Shown: one piece after another, positions 1 through 9,409 of the stretch
Layout of the letters: each line of letters opens with the position of its first letter
How positions within the stretch are numbered: position 1 is the stretch's first letter
Virus record (IMG/VR): IMGVR_UViG_3300034130_000016
Location: 1-57,109 of that record
Origin: a virus
Lineage: Duplodnaviria > Caudoviricetes
Strand: one strand, 5' to 3'
Length of the DNA stretch: 57,109 nt
The notes under the pieces: model-generated
What the model was told of the DNA's origin: nothing
The model's database searches: none
Seen by the model: only the letters and a program-made list of their open reading frames with translations
Position numbers and translations under genes: made by a program

Positions 1-27
1 AAGGGCAGCACCCACAAGTCGTCGTCC
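1..27. repeat. 27-bp terminal direct repeat (copy 1), circular assembly overlap
   Basis: aagggcagcacccacaagtcgtcgtcc at 1-27 is identical to 57083-57109, and an ORF reads through the join. Confidence 0.95.
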
Positions 28-135
28 GTCGAGGGCACCCCGATCATCACCGTCGTCTACGCCATCGCCGCGTTCGTCGTCCTGACCATCGGGGGCGTCA
101 CCGCGTTCATGCTGCACGGGTACGGCGTCCTGTGA
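1..135 (+). CDS. 3' part of a small membrane protein spanning the circular junction (starts at 56987)
   Basis: Frame continues KGSTHKSSSVEGTPIITVVYAIAAFVVLTIGGVTAFMLHGYGVL-stop; one TM helix. Confidence 0.75.
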   Translation, partial: KGSTHKSSSVEGTPIITVVYAIAAFVVLTIGGVTAFMLHGYGVL

Positions 136-263
136 GCTGGGTGCTGGTCGTGAAGATCCTGATCCTCATGCTCGCGGCCGGTCTGATCGCGGAGAGCATG
201 GCCGCCGCCCTGATCGACAAGCGCCGGGAGTCCGACATCAAGCGCAAGGAGGCAGGGCTGTGA
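132..263 (+). CDS. small membrane protein (43 aa)
   Basis: GTGA overlap with the upstream stop; MSWVLVVKILILMLAAGLIAESMAAALIDKRR. Confidence 0.6.
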   Translation: MSWVLVVKILILMLAAGLIAESMAAALIDKRRESDIKRKEAGL

Positions 264-351
264 GGGTCATCGACCGCCGCCGTCCGGGATGCGTCCCGGC
301 CCGGATCACCTGGAACTGGTTCTTCAACCGACGCCCGAGGGGACGTAACTG

Positions 352-1005
352 ATGACCGACGTCGAGATCGGCGAATTGCGCGAGCGCCTCGCCGACGCCC
401 TGAACGCCTGCACCGACCTGAGCAAGGACCATGCCGCCCTGATCATCGCCAAGGAGTCCGCCGTCCGGGAGGCCGCCAAGCTGGCCGGGGCGTTCGAGAT
501 CGTCGCCAACAGCCGCAGCATGTGGCGCCAGCGGGCGGTCGATGCGGGCTGGACGAACCGGCCCGCCACCCTGGCCGACGTGAGGCCGCAGCCCGTCCCT
601 GAGCCGGGGTTCGTGCCCGCCCACGCCTGGTGGCCGAATGGCACCGACGGCACCCGCGTCACCCTGGCCGAAGCGGTCGGGCAGGCGCTGGGCACGGCCA
701 GCATGTGCTGGCTTCCGCGTCCCGCCGACCAGGTGTTCGACAGCCCCGAGGCCGTACGGATCCATGAGGGGCTGATGGCGTTCCTCGCCGAGTGGGCCGG
801 GGAACAGCCGCACGAGGCCCGGCGTGGCAGCGACGTGGCCGCCTGGATCAAGCGGATCCGAGACAGGTACGTGAAGCGGCCCGACGACGGCACCGCACAT
901 AAGTCCTGGCACGCCCTGAATGAGCTGCTGCACGACTACCGGGACCACGCCGACACGGGTACCCCGCTGGACCGCGACGTCACCGCCCCGCACGAGGAGT
1001 CCTGA
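352..1005 (+). CDS. hypothetical protein
   Basis: 217 aa, high GC3, TGATG coupling at both ends. Confidence 0.75.
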   Translation: MTDVEIGELRERLADALNACTDLSKDHAALIIAKESAVREAAKLAGAFEIVANSRSMWRQRAVDAGWTNRPATLADVRPQPVPEPGFVPAHAWWPNGTDGTRVTLAEAVGQALGTASMCWLPRPADQVFDSPEAVRIHEGLMAFLAEWAGEQPHEARRGSDVAAWIKRIRDRYVKRPDDGTAHKSWHALNELLHDYRDHADTGTPLDRDVTAPHEES

Positions 1006-1268
1006 TGCTCGCCCGCCGGTTCGATCCACCGTCCGCGCGGGATGAGCCGCCCGTGGTTGCGTACGCCGACCGCGCCTGCAAGGGGAGCAAGGTCCCCTTC
1101 TATCCGGAGCACGCCACCGGCTACGCCGCCGCCATCGCGGTCTGTAAGACGTGCCCGCATATCTTCGAGTGCCTGGCCTGGGCGCTGGAGACCGAGCAGT
1201 CCTTCGGCGTGTGGGGCGGCACGACGCCGGTGGAGCGCAGGGAGATCCTTGCACGGGCCAAGCATTAA
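1005..1268 (+). CDS. whiB: WhiB-family transcription factor
   Basis: Four Cys (C...CxxC-x5-C) and the GVWGG turn. Confidence 0.9.
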   Translation: MLARRFDPPSARDEPPVVAYADRACKGSKVPFYPEHATGYAAAIAVCKTCPHIFECLAWALETEQSFGVWGGTTPVERREILARAKH

Positions 1269-1272
1269 CCAC

Positions 1273-1486
1273 CCGCATCGTTTTCGATCATGATGCGGCG
1301 GACCGGCGGGGGTCGAACCTCGCCGGTCCACTGTCCCGGGCGCCCCGACATCTGTCCCCGGGATGTGTCACCCCCTGCCGTGCGCTGCCCGCAGAGCGCG
1401 GCCCGCCACGGCTCACGGGCACCGGGGCGGAGTCCGAACGCGGACTCCACGGCAGGGGCTCAAACTTCGTCCATCCCGAATGGACG
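1273..1486. ncRNA. candidate structured RNA or multi-hairpin intergenic element
   Basis: Stems 1273-1298, 1300-1329, 1372-1458 (multibranch) and 1468-1486; no credible ORF. Confidence 0.4.
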
Positions 1487-1543
1487 CGCTAGCCCCGACC
1501 GTGTAGTCTGGGAACTGACGGATCACACGATGGAGGAGATCAC

Positions 1544-2257
1544 ATGCAGCTCATGGACGGCGAGACCTGGACCGAATGGGTCGAGGACAACGCCGACAGC
1601 GACGAGGCCACCAAGCTGTCCGCCCTGCGCGAGAGCATCGCCGCGACCGCCCGGACCTGGGTGCGCTCCGGCCAGATCAGCCGCGACTGGGCCAACAAGA
1701 AGCTGGCCAAGCTGGGCGTCACCGACCAGATCCCCGGCGAGAACACCTACGTTCTGGAGGCGCCCGTCTCCGGCACGCTGGCGATCACCGTCCACGCCGA
1801 GACCCGCGCCGAGGCCGAGGAGAAGTTCCGCAACCAGCTCACCAGCAACTCCCGGGCGCACTCGGTGCCCGACGCCACCGTCACCGGGGACGTCTCGTTC
1901 CGCTCCGGCCCGGAGGACCCCGGCACGGCCGCCGCCGACGACGCGCCGACCACGGTCGACGCCACGCTGATGATGCTGCGTGAGGTGATCATGCTGGGCA
2001 ACATCTCCGGCCCCCGCTGGGACTGCGACACGGGCACCAACTCCGTGCTGGCGTCGTACGGCCTGGCGCCGCTCCCGCCGCGCCGGGCGTTCACGGTGGC
2101 CGTCCCCGTGGAGGCGGTCATGAAGACGACCGTGCACGCCTACGACGAGGGGACCGCCGCCCGTATCGCGGGCTGGCGCTGGGACGACGGTAAGCGCGGT
2201 TACGACGTGGACCTGGCCGTCTCGACCGACGTTCCCTCGGTGGCCGAGATCCACTGA
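1544..2257 (+). CDS. hypothetical protein
   Basis: GGAGGAG RBS, 237 aa, typical codon usage. Confidence 0.8.
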   Translation: MQLMDGETWTEWVEDNADSDEATKLSALRESIAATARTWVRSGQISRDWANKKLAKLGVTDQIPGENTYVLEAPVSGTLAITVHAETRAEAEEKFRNQLTSNSRAHSVPDATVTGDVSFRSGPEDPGTAAADDAPTTVDATLMMLREVIMLGNISGPRWDCDTGTNSVLASYGLAPLPPRRAFTVAVPVEAVMKTTVHAYDEGTAARIAGWRWDDGKRGYDVDLAVSTDVPSVAEIH

Positions 2258-2269
2258 TCGTCCGGCGTT

Positions 2270-2304
2270 TACAGCCCCTTGTGCAGCTCGCACAGGGGGC
2301 TGTA
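2270..2304. terminator. hairpin, probable terminator, overlapping the downstream promoter
   Basis: TACAGCCCC...GGGGCTGTA inverted repeat. Confidence 0.5.
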
Positions 2305-2320
2305 TGCTGTCAGCAGACAG
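2300..2320 (+). promoter_or_regulatory. 21-bp palindromic operator/-10 element (copy a)
   Basis: CTGTATGC-TGTCA-GCAGACAG with TATGCT -10, followed by a GAGGAGG RBS. Confidence 0.65.
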
Positions 2321-2335
2321 ATCGAGGAGGACACC

Positions 2336-2461
2336 ATGGAGAAGCTGTTCTGGACCCGCTGGGACTGGGCCATCTGGACCTGGCACCACCCGTGGTTCAT
2401 CGCCGTCAACATCGCCGTCATCGGCGCGGTGTTCCTGCTCACCAAACTGCACGACCGGTAA
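2336..2461 (+). CDS. small Trp-rich membrane protein
   Basis: RBS GAGGAGG; MEKLFWTRWDWAIWTWHHPWFIAVNIAVIGAVFLL. Confidence 0.65.
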   Translation: MEKLFWTRWDWAIWTWHHPWFIAVNIAVIGAVFLLTKLHDR

Positions 2462-2473
2462 GGGGAGGACACC

Positions 2474-2656
2474 ATGGACCGCGACAAGAGCCGCTGCATC
2501 GTCAAGATCGGCACACCCGAGGAGCTGCACGAGTGCGGCCAGCCCTGCGAATTCCTGACCGCTCTGGAAGCCAGCGCCAAGGGGCTGTACTCCGGCTGGC
2601 ACCACGTCGACACCGCCACCCGGGACCACAACGCCGTACCGAGGAGCTGGATCTGA
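2474..2656 (+). CDS. small Cys/His protein
   Basis: RBS GGGGAGG; HECGQPC...WHH. Confidence 0.65.
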   Translation: MDRDKSRCIVKIGTPEELHECGQPCEFLTALEASAKGLYSGWHHVDTATRDHNAVPRSWI

Positions 2657-3345
2657 TGCACACCGAAACCGTCACCTCATACGCCTGGTGGGGCGCCCTG
2701 CTCATCCTCTCCCTGCTGGCCGGGATCTACGTCGGCTGGAAGATCATCGGCTTCGTCCACGAGCGCGGCATCACCGCCCGGATCACCCAGGCCCGCCCCG
2801 TCGGAATGCGCATCGTCCTGCTGGTCGGGGACATCACCACCCAGGAAGTCGATGCCATCGTCAACGCCGCCAAGCCCAGCCTGCTCGGAGGCGGCGGAGT
2901 CGACGGGGCGATTCACCGCGCGGGCGGTCCCGCCATCCTGGCCGAATGCCGCGAGATCCGCGCCACGCTGTACCCGCGCGGCCTGCCCACCGGCCAGGCC
3001 GTCTCCACCACCGGCGGGAACCTGAAGGCCGCACACGTGATCCACACCGTCGGCCCCGTGTACGGCTGGCCCAAGGACGACGCCGAGGACCAGCGGAGCA
3101 CCCTGCGATCCTGCTACACGGAGTCCTTGGCTCAGGCGGATACCCTCGGCGCCCGCACGGTCGCCTTCCCGCTGATCTCCGCTGGCGTGTACGGATGGCC
3201 CAAGGACGACGCCGTCCGGCAGGCCCTGACCGTCCTGACCCGCGCGCAGACCGCCGTGCAGGAGGTCCGCATGGTGTTCTTCGACGACGACACCTACCAG
3301 ATCGCCAAGCGTGTGGCGCTCACCCTCACCACCCAGCAGAGCTAG
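2656..3345 (+). CDS. macrodomain (YmdB/MacroD-like ADP-ribose hydrolase) with N-terminal TM helix
   Basis: GDIT, DAIVNAA, GGGGVDGAIH, HTVGP and AFPLISAGVYG motifs; hydrophobic WWGALLILSLLAGIYVGW before the domain. Confidence 0.92.
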   Translation: MHTETVTSYAWWGALLILSLLAGIYVGWKIIGFVHERGITARITQARPVGMRIVLLVGDITTQEVDAIVNAAKPSLLGGGGVDGAIHRAGGPAILAECREIRATLYPRGLPTGQAVSTTGGNLKAAHVIHTVGPVYGWPKDDAEDQRSTLRSCYTESLAQADTLGARTVAFPLISAGVYGWPKDDAVRQALTVLTRAQTAVQEVRMVFFDDDTYQIAKRVALTLTTQQS

Positions 3346-3357
3346 AAAGGAAACGCC

Positions 3358-3588
3358 ATGAAGCTCATGGTCGTGTTCGAGGTTCCCGACGACAAGGCGG
3401 ACGCCTACGGCGACGTCGCCGCCCGCATGGCCCAGCGTCACGCCTTCGCCGAGCAGCAGGCCATCGCGCACTGGTCGTTCGACCTGGAGATGCGGCCGGT
3501 GGCCGCCGTCCTGATCTCCGACCCTGCCAGCCTGCTGGAGGATATGGCGGGATCGGCCGACACTCTTGCCGCGCTGCTGAACCGCTGA
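3358..3588 (+). CDS. hypothetical protein
   Basis: AAAGGA RBS, 76 aa. Confidence 0.7.
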   Translation: MKLMVVFEVPDDKADAYGDVAARMAQRHAFAEQQAIAHWSFDLEMRPVAAVLISDPASLLEDMAGSADTLAALLNR

Positions 3589-3635
3589 CCAGCCGCCTAC
3601 CAGCCGAGCCGGGCTGACCACCTACGATGGTGGTC

Positions 3636-3935
3636 ATGCCCGGCTCTACTGCTTTCTACGCGGTCTACCTGGCCGCGTTCGCCCGCCTAATCGTGCTGGT
3701 CACGATGGACATGATCACCGCCCGCCCCCGCGATGCCATCGTGACCGCGCTCAAGGAGCGCAGGCACGACATGCTGGCCTACCTCCTGCTGTGCCCCTGG
3801 TGCGTCTCCATCTGGCTCGCCATCCCCGCCGCCCCGATCATCTACGCTTACGGCGATTCGCCGTGGCTGTTCGTGCCCGCCCTCGCGCTGGCCCTGTCCG
3901 CTGCGGCCGGTGCGCTTGCGCGCGTGAAGGGGTGA
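3636..3935 (+). CDS. membrane protein, DUF1360-like
   Basis: TM segments with a CPWC motif, directly before the portal; TACGAT -10 just upstream suggests a leaderless start. Confidence 0.7.
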   Translation: MPGSTAFYAVYLAAFARLIVLVTMDMITARPRDAIVTALKERRHDMLAYLLLCPWCVSIWLAIPAAPIIYAYGDSPWLFVPALALALSAAAGALARVKG

Positions 3936-3939
3936 CCGG

Positions 3940-5877
3940 ATGGGGCTGCTGAACAGGAAGGCGAAGCTGGTACCCGCCGGGGGGCTCGAAGGCCCCGGTA
4001 CCCGGCCCGCCAACGCCCTGATCGGCGCCGCCGTACCGATCAACCTGGGTGACGCCGCCTCCTGGCAGATGTTCAAGCTGGGCGACCACCGCTGGCAGTG
4101 GGAGGCGTGGCGCCACTACGACATCTGCGGAGAGATGCGGTTCGTCGTCAACTGGATGGGCAACTCCATCAGCCGTTGCCGCATGTACGCCGCCCAGGTC
4201 ACCGATGACGGTGTGGTCGGGGACGAGGTGGAGGACGCCAAGGTCAAGCTGATCGCCGAGACCATGTTCGGCTCCCCCGCCGCGAAGGCTCAGGCACAGC
4301 GCCTGATGGGCATCAACATGATGGTGGCCGGTGACTGCTACATCGTCGCCGAGGGCTATCAGAACGCCGAGTCCGACAAGTGGTACGTCTGCTCCTCCTC
4401 CGAGGTGTACCGGCGCGGCGACGACATCATGGTGCGCCGTTCCATTACCCACGGCGGGGGCCAGTACAAGCTGAACCCGCAGACCGACCTGTTGATCCGG
4501 GCCTGGAATCCGCACCCGCGCCGGTACGACGCCGCCGACTCCACCGTGCGGGCCATCCTGCCGGTGCTGCGCGAGCTGGAGCAGTGCACGAAGCGCGTGT
4601 TCGCCGAGCTGGACAGCCGCCTGGCCGGTGCCGGGATCCTGCTGCTGCCCGACAACATCGACTTCCCCCGCCCGCCGCAGGAGACGCCTGGGACGCCGCA
4701 GCGTACGGGCGTCGAGGGCTTCGCCGACCTGCTCCAGCGGACCATGGCCACCTCGATGCAGCAGCGCGATTCGGCCGCCGCCATCGTGCCGATCATCTTG
4801 CAGGCGTCCACCGAAGCCCTCGACAAGATCAAACACTTGACGTTCGACTCGTCCATCTCCGACAAGATCACGGAGATGCGTAAGGCCGCCGTCGAACGCA
4901 TGGCGATGTCCCTGGACATCCCGCCCGAGGTGCTGATCGGCATGGGCGGCTCCAACCACTGGTCGTCGTGGCAGATCGAAGAGTCCTCGATCAAAACCCA
5001 CATCGAGCCGCTGCTGATCCAGCTAGCCGACGCCCTGAACGTCGGCTACTTCCAGCCCGCCCTGAAGGCCGCCGGTGTCGCCGACCCGGAGAAGATGACG
5101 CTCTGGTTCGACATCGCCGCCCTGACGGTGCGCCCGAACCGCTCCGACCAGGCGTTGCAGTTCTCCGACAAGGGGCTAATCTCCGCGAAGGCCGCCCGCG
5201 ACAACGCCGCCTTCACCGACGACGACGCCCCCGAAGCGAAAGAGCTGCTCTACAACCTCACCAAGGCCCTCGTGCTGGCCCAGCCCAACTATGCCGGTGA
5301 CCCCGAGGTGCAGAAGATCCTGGGCCTGCCGAAGATCTCCCTGCCCGCCCCCCCGGCCGCGCCAGCGGCGCCCGGCACCGACCTGATGCCCGGCGACCCC
5401 GGCTACGACACCGCAGGTTCCGACCCGGCCGCGCGTGGCCTGCCGCAGTTCCCGTCCGTGCAGGACGCCGAGCAGGGCAACGTCCCCCCGGCCAAGGGGA
5501 AGCAGAAGCTCGGCCAGTTGGCCGCCTCCGCCTCAGCGGTCGACGCCAGCCTGTTCTACGCCGCCGACAGCGCCGTCCGCCGCGCCCTGGAGCTGGCCGG
5601 TGGCCGCCTAGTGCCCGGCCCGCAGCGTGCCCGCTATGCCGTTCCGAGGCATGAGCTGCACACCCGGATGGTCCCGGACCGCATCCGGGTGCCCTCCCTG
5701 CTGGCCGGTGCGTGGACGCACGTGCGTGAGCAGGCACCGGCCTTGGGTGTCGATCCCGATGCCTTAGAAACGATCCTGGCGGGCTACTGCACGGAGCTGC
5801 TGGTCAGGGGCGTGGCCCATGAGCCGGATTACCTGAAGTCGATGCTGCACGAGACCCGAGGGGACCTCACGCCATGA
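3940..5877 (+). CDS. portal protein
   Basis: WQWEAWRHYDICGEMRF...SISRCRMY and NHWSSWQI motifs recalled from cluster-B-like actinophage portals; position before MuF. Confidence 0.85.
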   Translation: MGLLNRKAKLVPAGGLEGPGTRPANALIGAAVPINLGDAASWQMFKLGDHRWQWEAWRHYDICGEMRFVVNWMGNSISRCRMYAAQVTDDGVVGDEVEDAKVKLIAETMFGSPAAKAQAQRLMGINMMVAGDCYIVAEGYQNAESDKWYVCSSSEVYRRGDDIMVRRSITHGGGQYKLNPQTDLLIRAWNPHPRRYDAADSTVRAILPVLRELEQCTKRVFAELDSRLAGAGILLLPDNIDFPRPPQETPGTPQRTGVEGFADLLQRTMATSMQQRDSAAAIVPIILQASTEALDKIKHLTFDSSISDKITEMRKAAVERMAMSLDIPPEVLIGMGGSNHWSSWQIEESSIKTHIEPLLIQLADALNVGYFQPALKAAGVADPEKMTLWFDIAALTVRPNRSDQALQFSDKGLISAKAARDNAAFTDDDAPEAKELLYNLTKALVLAQPNYAGDPEVQKILGLPKISLPAPPAAPAAPGTDLMPGDPGYDTAGSDPAARGLPQFPSVQDAEQGNVPPAKGKQKLGQLAASASAVDASLFYAADSAVRRALELAGGRLVPGPQRARYAVPRHELHTRMVPDRIRVPSLLAGAWTHVREQAPALGVDPDALETILAGYCTELLVRGVAHEPDYLKSMLHETRGDLTP

Positions 5878-6128
5878 CGTACGTGCCCGGCGTGGGGCTG
5901 GTGCCCTACGTCCCCGGCTATCCGGCACTCAGCGTGACGGAAAATGCCGCAAATGACGTTACTCGCGAGTATGAGTGCCAGATCTCCCGGGCTGACACCC
6001 CGAACCAGTCACTGCGCGTGGCAATCGACTGGGATCGGATGGGCATTCTCGCCGTCCTCGCAGTCGGAGGGCTCGCCGCTATCGCCGACGGGGCGTTCCT
6101 CTGGTTCCTCGCCTGGGTGCTGCGATGA
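5874..6128 (+). CDS. small membrane protein
   Basis: ATGA overlaps at both ends; C-terminal TM helix. Confidence 0.55.
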   Translation: MTYVPGVGLVPYVPGYPALSVTENAANDVTREYECQISRADTPNQSLRVAIDWDRMGILAVLAVGGLAAIADGAFLWFLAWVLR

Positions 6129-7561
6129 CACAGCCGACTCTTCCCAGCGCGACCGCACAGAAGCAGGCCGCCGTTGAGGTCTTCGCCCAGTACGAGCCAC
6201 CCCTGTATGAGGCGTACCTGGAGATGATGCTGGAGTGGCTGGCCGCCGTGAAGACGGCCATGTTCGCCGGTGGTGTCGCCCGCCTCGGCCTGGTGCCCGA
6301 CCCGCTGACCGTGTTCTCTCAGACGCCGAAGTGGGCCGCCCTGTCCGCGAAGTACACCGCTGAGGTGGCGCGGGAGGTGCTGGCCGCCCCGTACCGGGAC
6401 CTGTTCGCCGACGGGACGCTGTTCGAGTCCCGGCCGTTCGTGCGCAACTGGATCGCTCAGCGGGAGAACCGGCTGGCCGCCGTCCCCAAGGAGGTCTTCG
6501 GCGCCGTCTCGCAGGTGATCAACGCGGCCACCCAGAACGGGGCGAGCATTCCGGACGTCACCGACCAGATCGAACAGTTGTTCGACGGCACGGATACGGC
6601 CAAGTGGAAGGCCCGCGCTCGCACCGTTGCACGAACCGAGGTCGTCGGCGCTTACAACGGTGGGCTGCACGACGCCTTCGCCATGATCGTCGAGAACGAC
6701 CCGGGCACCGACTGGGTGAAGAGGTGGCTCGCCACCGAGGACAGCCGTACCCGCCCGGACCATGTGGAGGCCGACGGGCAGACTGTCCCGTTCGCCCAGC
6801 CGTTCATCGTCGGCGGCTTCCAGATGATGCACCCGCACGACCCGGACGGGCCGCCCCACGAGGTGATCAACTGCCGGTGCGTCGAACTGCTGGAGATCAA
6901 AAACGAACCCACGGAGATGGGTAACCGGCAGTACAAGAACGGCTTCACCGCCTCCTACGGCTTCACCGGATCGCAGGGCCTGAGCCTCATGCAGGCCGTT
7001 TGCACCGACGGCCAGTTCTGTATGCAGACCCACAAGCCCGGCCTGTGCAAGGGCCAGAAGCGCGGCCAGACCGAACCCGGCGTACCGGACGAGGCCACCA
7101 AGACGCCCGCCCAGAAGGCCCAGGTCGCCGTCAAGGGGCTCTCCACCGCCATCCAGCAGGCCACCCAGGTTGCCCAGGCGAACATCACCAGCAACCCGAA
7201 GCTGGCAGCCATGGCCCGCCGCGCCGTCGCCGATTACCGCAAGGCGCTCCGCCCGCACCAGCAGACCCTGAAGGACGCCGCCCGCACCAACCAGGCGAAC
7301 CAGCGCACCGGCCAGCAGGACACCCGCCAGCAGGACTCCCTGGACCGGCAGAAGGCCAACGCCGCCCAGCGGGAAGAGCGGCACCGCGAGGCAGTCAAGG
7401 CCCGCGCGGAGAAGATCCTGGAACGTCGCGCCGAACGGGCGAAGGTTGCGAAGATGTCGCCCAAGCAGCGCACCGCCTACCACAAGGCGAAGGCCGCAGC
7501 GGCGAAGAAGCAGCGCGAGAAGGCCGAGAACCAGACCCTCAAGGAGGCGAGCAAGTCATGA
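6125..7561 (+). CDS. MuF-like minor head protein with basic helical C-terminal extension
   Basis: ARTVARTE, KRWLATEDSRTRPDH and EVINCRC MuF motifs. Confidence 0.9.
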   Translation: MTQPTLPSATAQKQAAVEVFAQYEPPLYEAYLEMMLEWLAAVKTAMFAGGVARLGLVPDPLTVFSQTPKWAALSAKYTAEVAREVLAAPYRDLFADGTLFESRPFVRNWIAQRENRLAAVPKEVFGAVSQVINAATQNGASIPDVTDQIEQLFDGTDTAKWKARARTVARTEVVGAYNGGLHDAFAMIVENDPGTDWVKRWLATEDSRTRPDHVEADGQTVPFAQPFIVGGFQMMHPHDPDGPPHEVINCRCVELLEIKNEPTEMGNRQYKNGFTASYGFTGSQGLSLMQAVCTDGQFCMQTHKPGLCKGQKRGQTEPGVPDEATKTPAQKAQVAVKGLSTAIQQATQVAQANITSNPKLAAMARRAVADYRKALRPHQQTLKDAARTNQANQRTGQQDTRQQDSLDRQKANAAQREERHREAVKARAEKILERRAERAKVAKMSPKQRTAYHKAKAAAAKKQREKAENQTLKEASKS

Positions 7562-8133
7562 CCACGCTGGCAGAGGCGGCGGCGCAGGAGTTCGGGTTCA
7601 ACCCGGACCAGGTGCGTGCCCCAGACGGAAAGTGGCTGCACGTCGGCGGCGCCGTCATGCACGCCGTACATGGCAAGGGCACCGTCACGGAGAAGCACGC
7701 CTTCGGCAAGGTCAGCGTCCGGTTCGAGAAGGGCGGCCTAAAGAAGGTCGGCGGTAAGGACCTGGCGCCCAGCGGCCATGACCCTCTCGGTGAGCAGATT
7801 GACGAAGACGTGATCCACGCGCGTCATGTCGCCCAGGACGCCCAGGATCACGCGGACGAAGAGGCCGCGCACCGGCGGAAGCCCACGATCCCGAGGCAGG
7901 GTAGGAACCCTCTGGACCGGGCAGCCGAGAAAGCGGGGGCCAAGCGCATCGAAGAAGGCGACCGCGCGGAACGGAAAGCCTCCGCGCATGAGAAGCGCGT
8001 CCGGGCCAAGATGGTCCGGGCAGCCACGGGCACCAGCCGTCGTGACGCCAGCGGCGAACGGGCCGCCGAGCACGAGAAGAAGTCGCGCCAGAAGCTGATC
8101 GACGCGGCGGAAGCTGCCCGACGCAGGGGATAG
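7558..8133 (+). CDS. basic hypothetical protein, possibly an internal virion protein
   Basis: ATGA overlap with MuF; N-terminal FNPDQVRAPDGKW motif; charged helical C-terminus. Confidence 0.75.
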   Translation: MTTLAEAAAQEFGFNPDQVRAPDGKWLHVGGAVMHAVHGKGTVTEKHAFGKVSVRFEKGGLKKVGGKDLAPSGHDPLGEQIDEDVIHARHVAQDAQDHADEEAAHRRKPTIPRQGRNPLDRAAEKAGAKRIEEGDRAERKASAHEKRVRAKMVRAATGTSRRDASGERAAEHEKKSRQKLIDAAEAARRRG

Positions 8134-8165
8134 GCAAGATCCAAAACGATGGAGGAGACGCACGG

Positions 8166-8849
8166 ATGGACCCCGACCTGCTGGTGATCGTCCCGACCCG
8201 CGCCCGCCCGGCGGCGGCAAAGGAACTGGCCGCCACCTTCCTGGAAACCTGCACCGCCCTCACCCGCCTCGTGTTCGCGGTCGACGCCGACGATCCCGAC
8301 ATCGGCGCCTACGCCCGAGCGGTCTACGGCCTGCCCGGCGACGTGCGCGTCACCCCCACGCCCGGCACGATGGTGAAGGCGCTCAACGCCGCCGCCGCCG
8401 ACCTCGGCCGCACGTTCGCCGTCGGGTTCATGGGTGACGACCACCGGCCCCGCACCGTCGGATGGGACAGCCGATACCTGGAGGCCCTGCACGACCTCGG
8501 CACCGGCATCGTCTACGGCGACGACCTGCTCCAGGGTGAGCGCATCCCCACCCAGGTCGCCATGACCGCCGACATCCCCCGCGCTCTCGGCTACATGGCA
8601 CCGCCGACGCTCACGCACCTGTTCGTGGACAACTTCTGGCGCGACCTCGGCCGGAACGCCGAATGTCTGCGATACCTGCCTGACGTGGTGGTGGAGCACC
8701 TGCACCCGTACGCGGGTAAGGCCGAATGGGATGCCGGGTACCTGCGCGTCAATACCTCCGGGATGTACGCGAAGGACGCCGACGCCTACAACGCCTACTA
8801 CCTGAAGCACTACGCGGACGACGTGGCGAAGGTGAAGGCCCTGCGATGA
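8166..8849 (+). CDS. GT-A fold (GT2-like) glycosyltransferase
   Basis: LLVIVPTRARP, FAVDADD, FMGDD (DxD-like) and VVEHLH motifs. Confidence 0.85.
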   Translation: MDPDLLVIVPTRARPAAAKELAATFLETCTALTRLVFAVDADDPDIGAYARAVYGLPGDVRVTPTPGTMVKALNAAAADLGRTFAVGFMGDDHRPRTVGWDSRYLEALHDLGTGIVYGDDLLQGERIPTQVAMTADIPRALGYMAPPTLTHLFVDNFWRDLGRNAECLRYLPDVVVEHLHPYAGKAEWDAGYLRVNTSGMYAKDADAYNAYYLKHYADDVAKVKALR

Positions 8850-9409
8850 TGCGCACCCGGCTCCGCCCCATGCCCACCCCCGGCGAGCTGAAGAAGCTGT
8901 ACCCGGTCCCCCATGACCACCGGCGCTGGGAAGATCACCTGTACCGGGTTGACGTCACCTCGGCCATGGCCGCCCTCATGCTCGCGCCCCTCGGCACCGT
9001 CGCGGACCTGTCCTGCGGCAACGCGACCATCGCCCGCCGCCTGGAACGATCCCATCGGGCACGGCTGGTCCTCGGCGACTTCGCGCCCGGCTACGAGCAC
9101 ACCGGCCCGATCGAAGAGACCCTCGACCGGATCAGCCCGGTGGACCTGTTCATCCTGTCGGAGACCCTGGAGCACCTGGACAACCCGGATGCCCTGCTCA
9201 CGCGCCTGCGCGCGAAGACGAAGAAGCTGATCTTGTCGACGCCCGACGGGGAGGCCGACAACTCGAACCCGGAACACGTGTGGGGCTGGGACGCCGAAGA
9301 GGTCGACAGGATGCTCCGTGCGGCCGGGTTCACCCCGCAGGTGCACGCCACCGTCGATACCCGCCCGGCCGGGTTCCTCTACTCGTACCAGATCTGGGCG
9401 TGCTCATGA
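8846..9409 (+). CDS. class I SAM-dependent methyltransferase
   Basis: VADLSCGNA motif I, SETLEHLDNP, LILSTP, NPEHVW. Confidence 0.82.
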   Translation: MMRTRLRPMPTPGELKKLYPVPHDHRRWEDHLYRVDVTSAMAALMLAPLGTVADLSCGNATIARRLERSHRARLVLGDFAPGYEHTGPIEETLDRISPVDLFILSETLEHLDNPDALLTRLRAKTKKLILSTPDGEADNSNPEHVWGWDAEEVDRMLRAAGFTPQVHATVDTRPAGFLYSYQIWACS

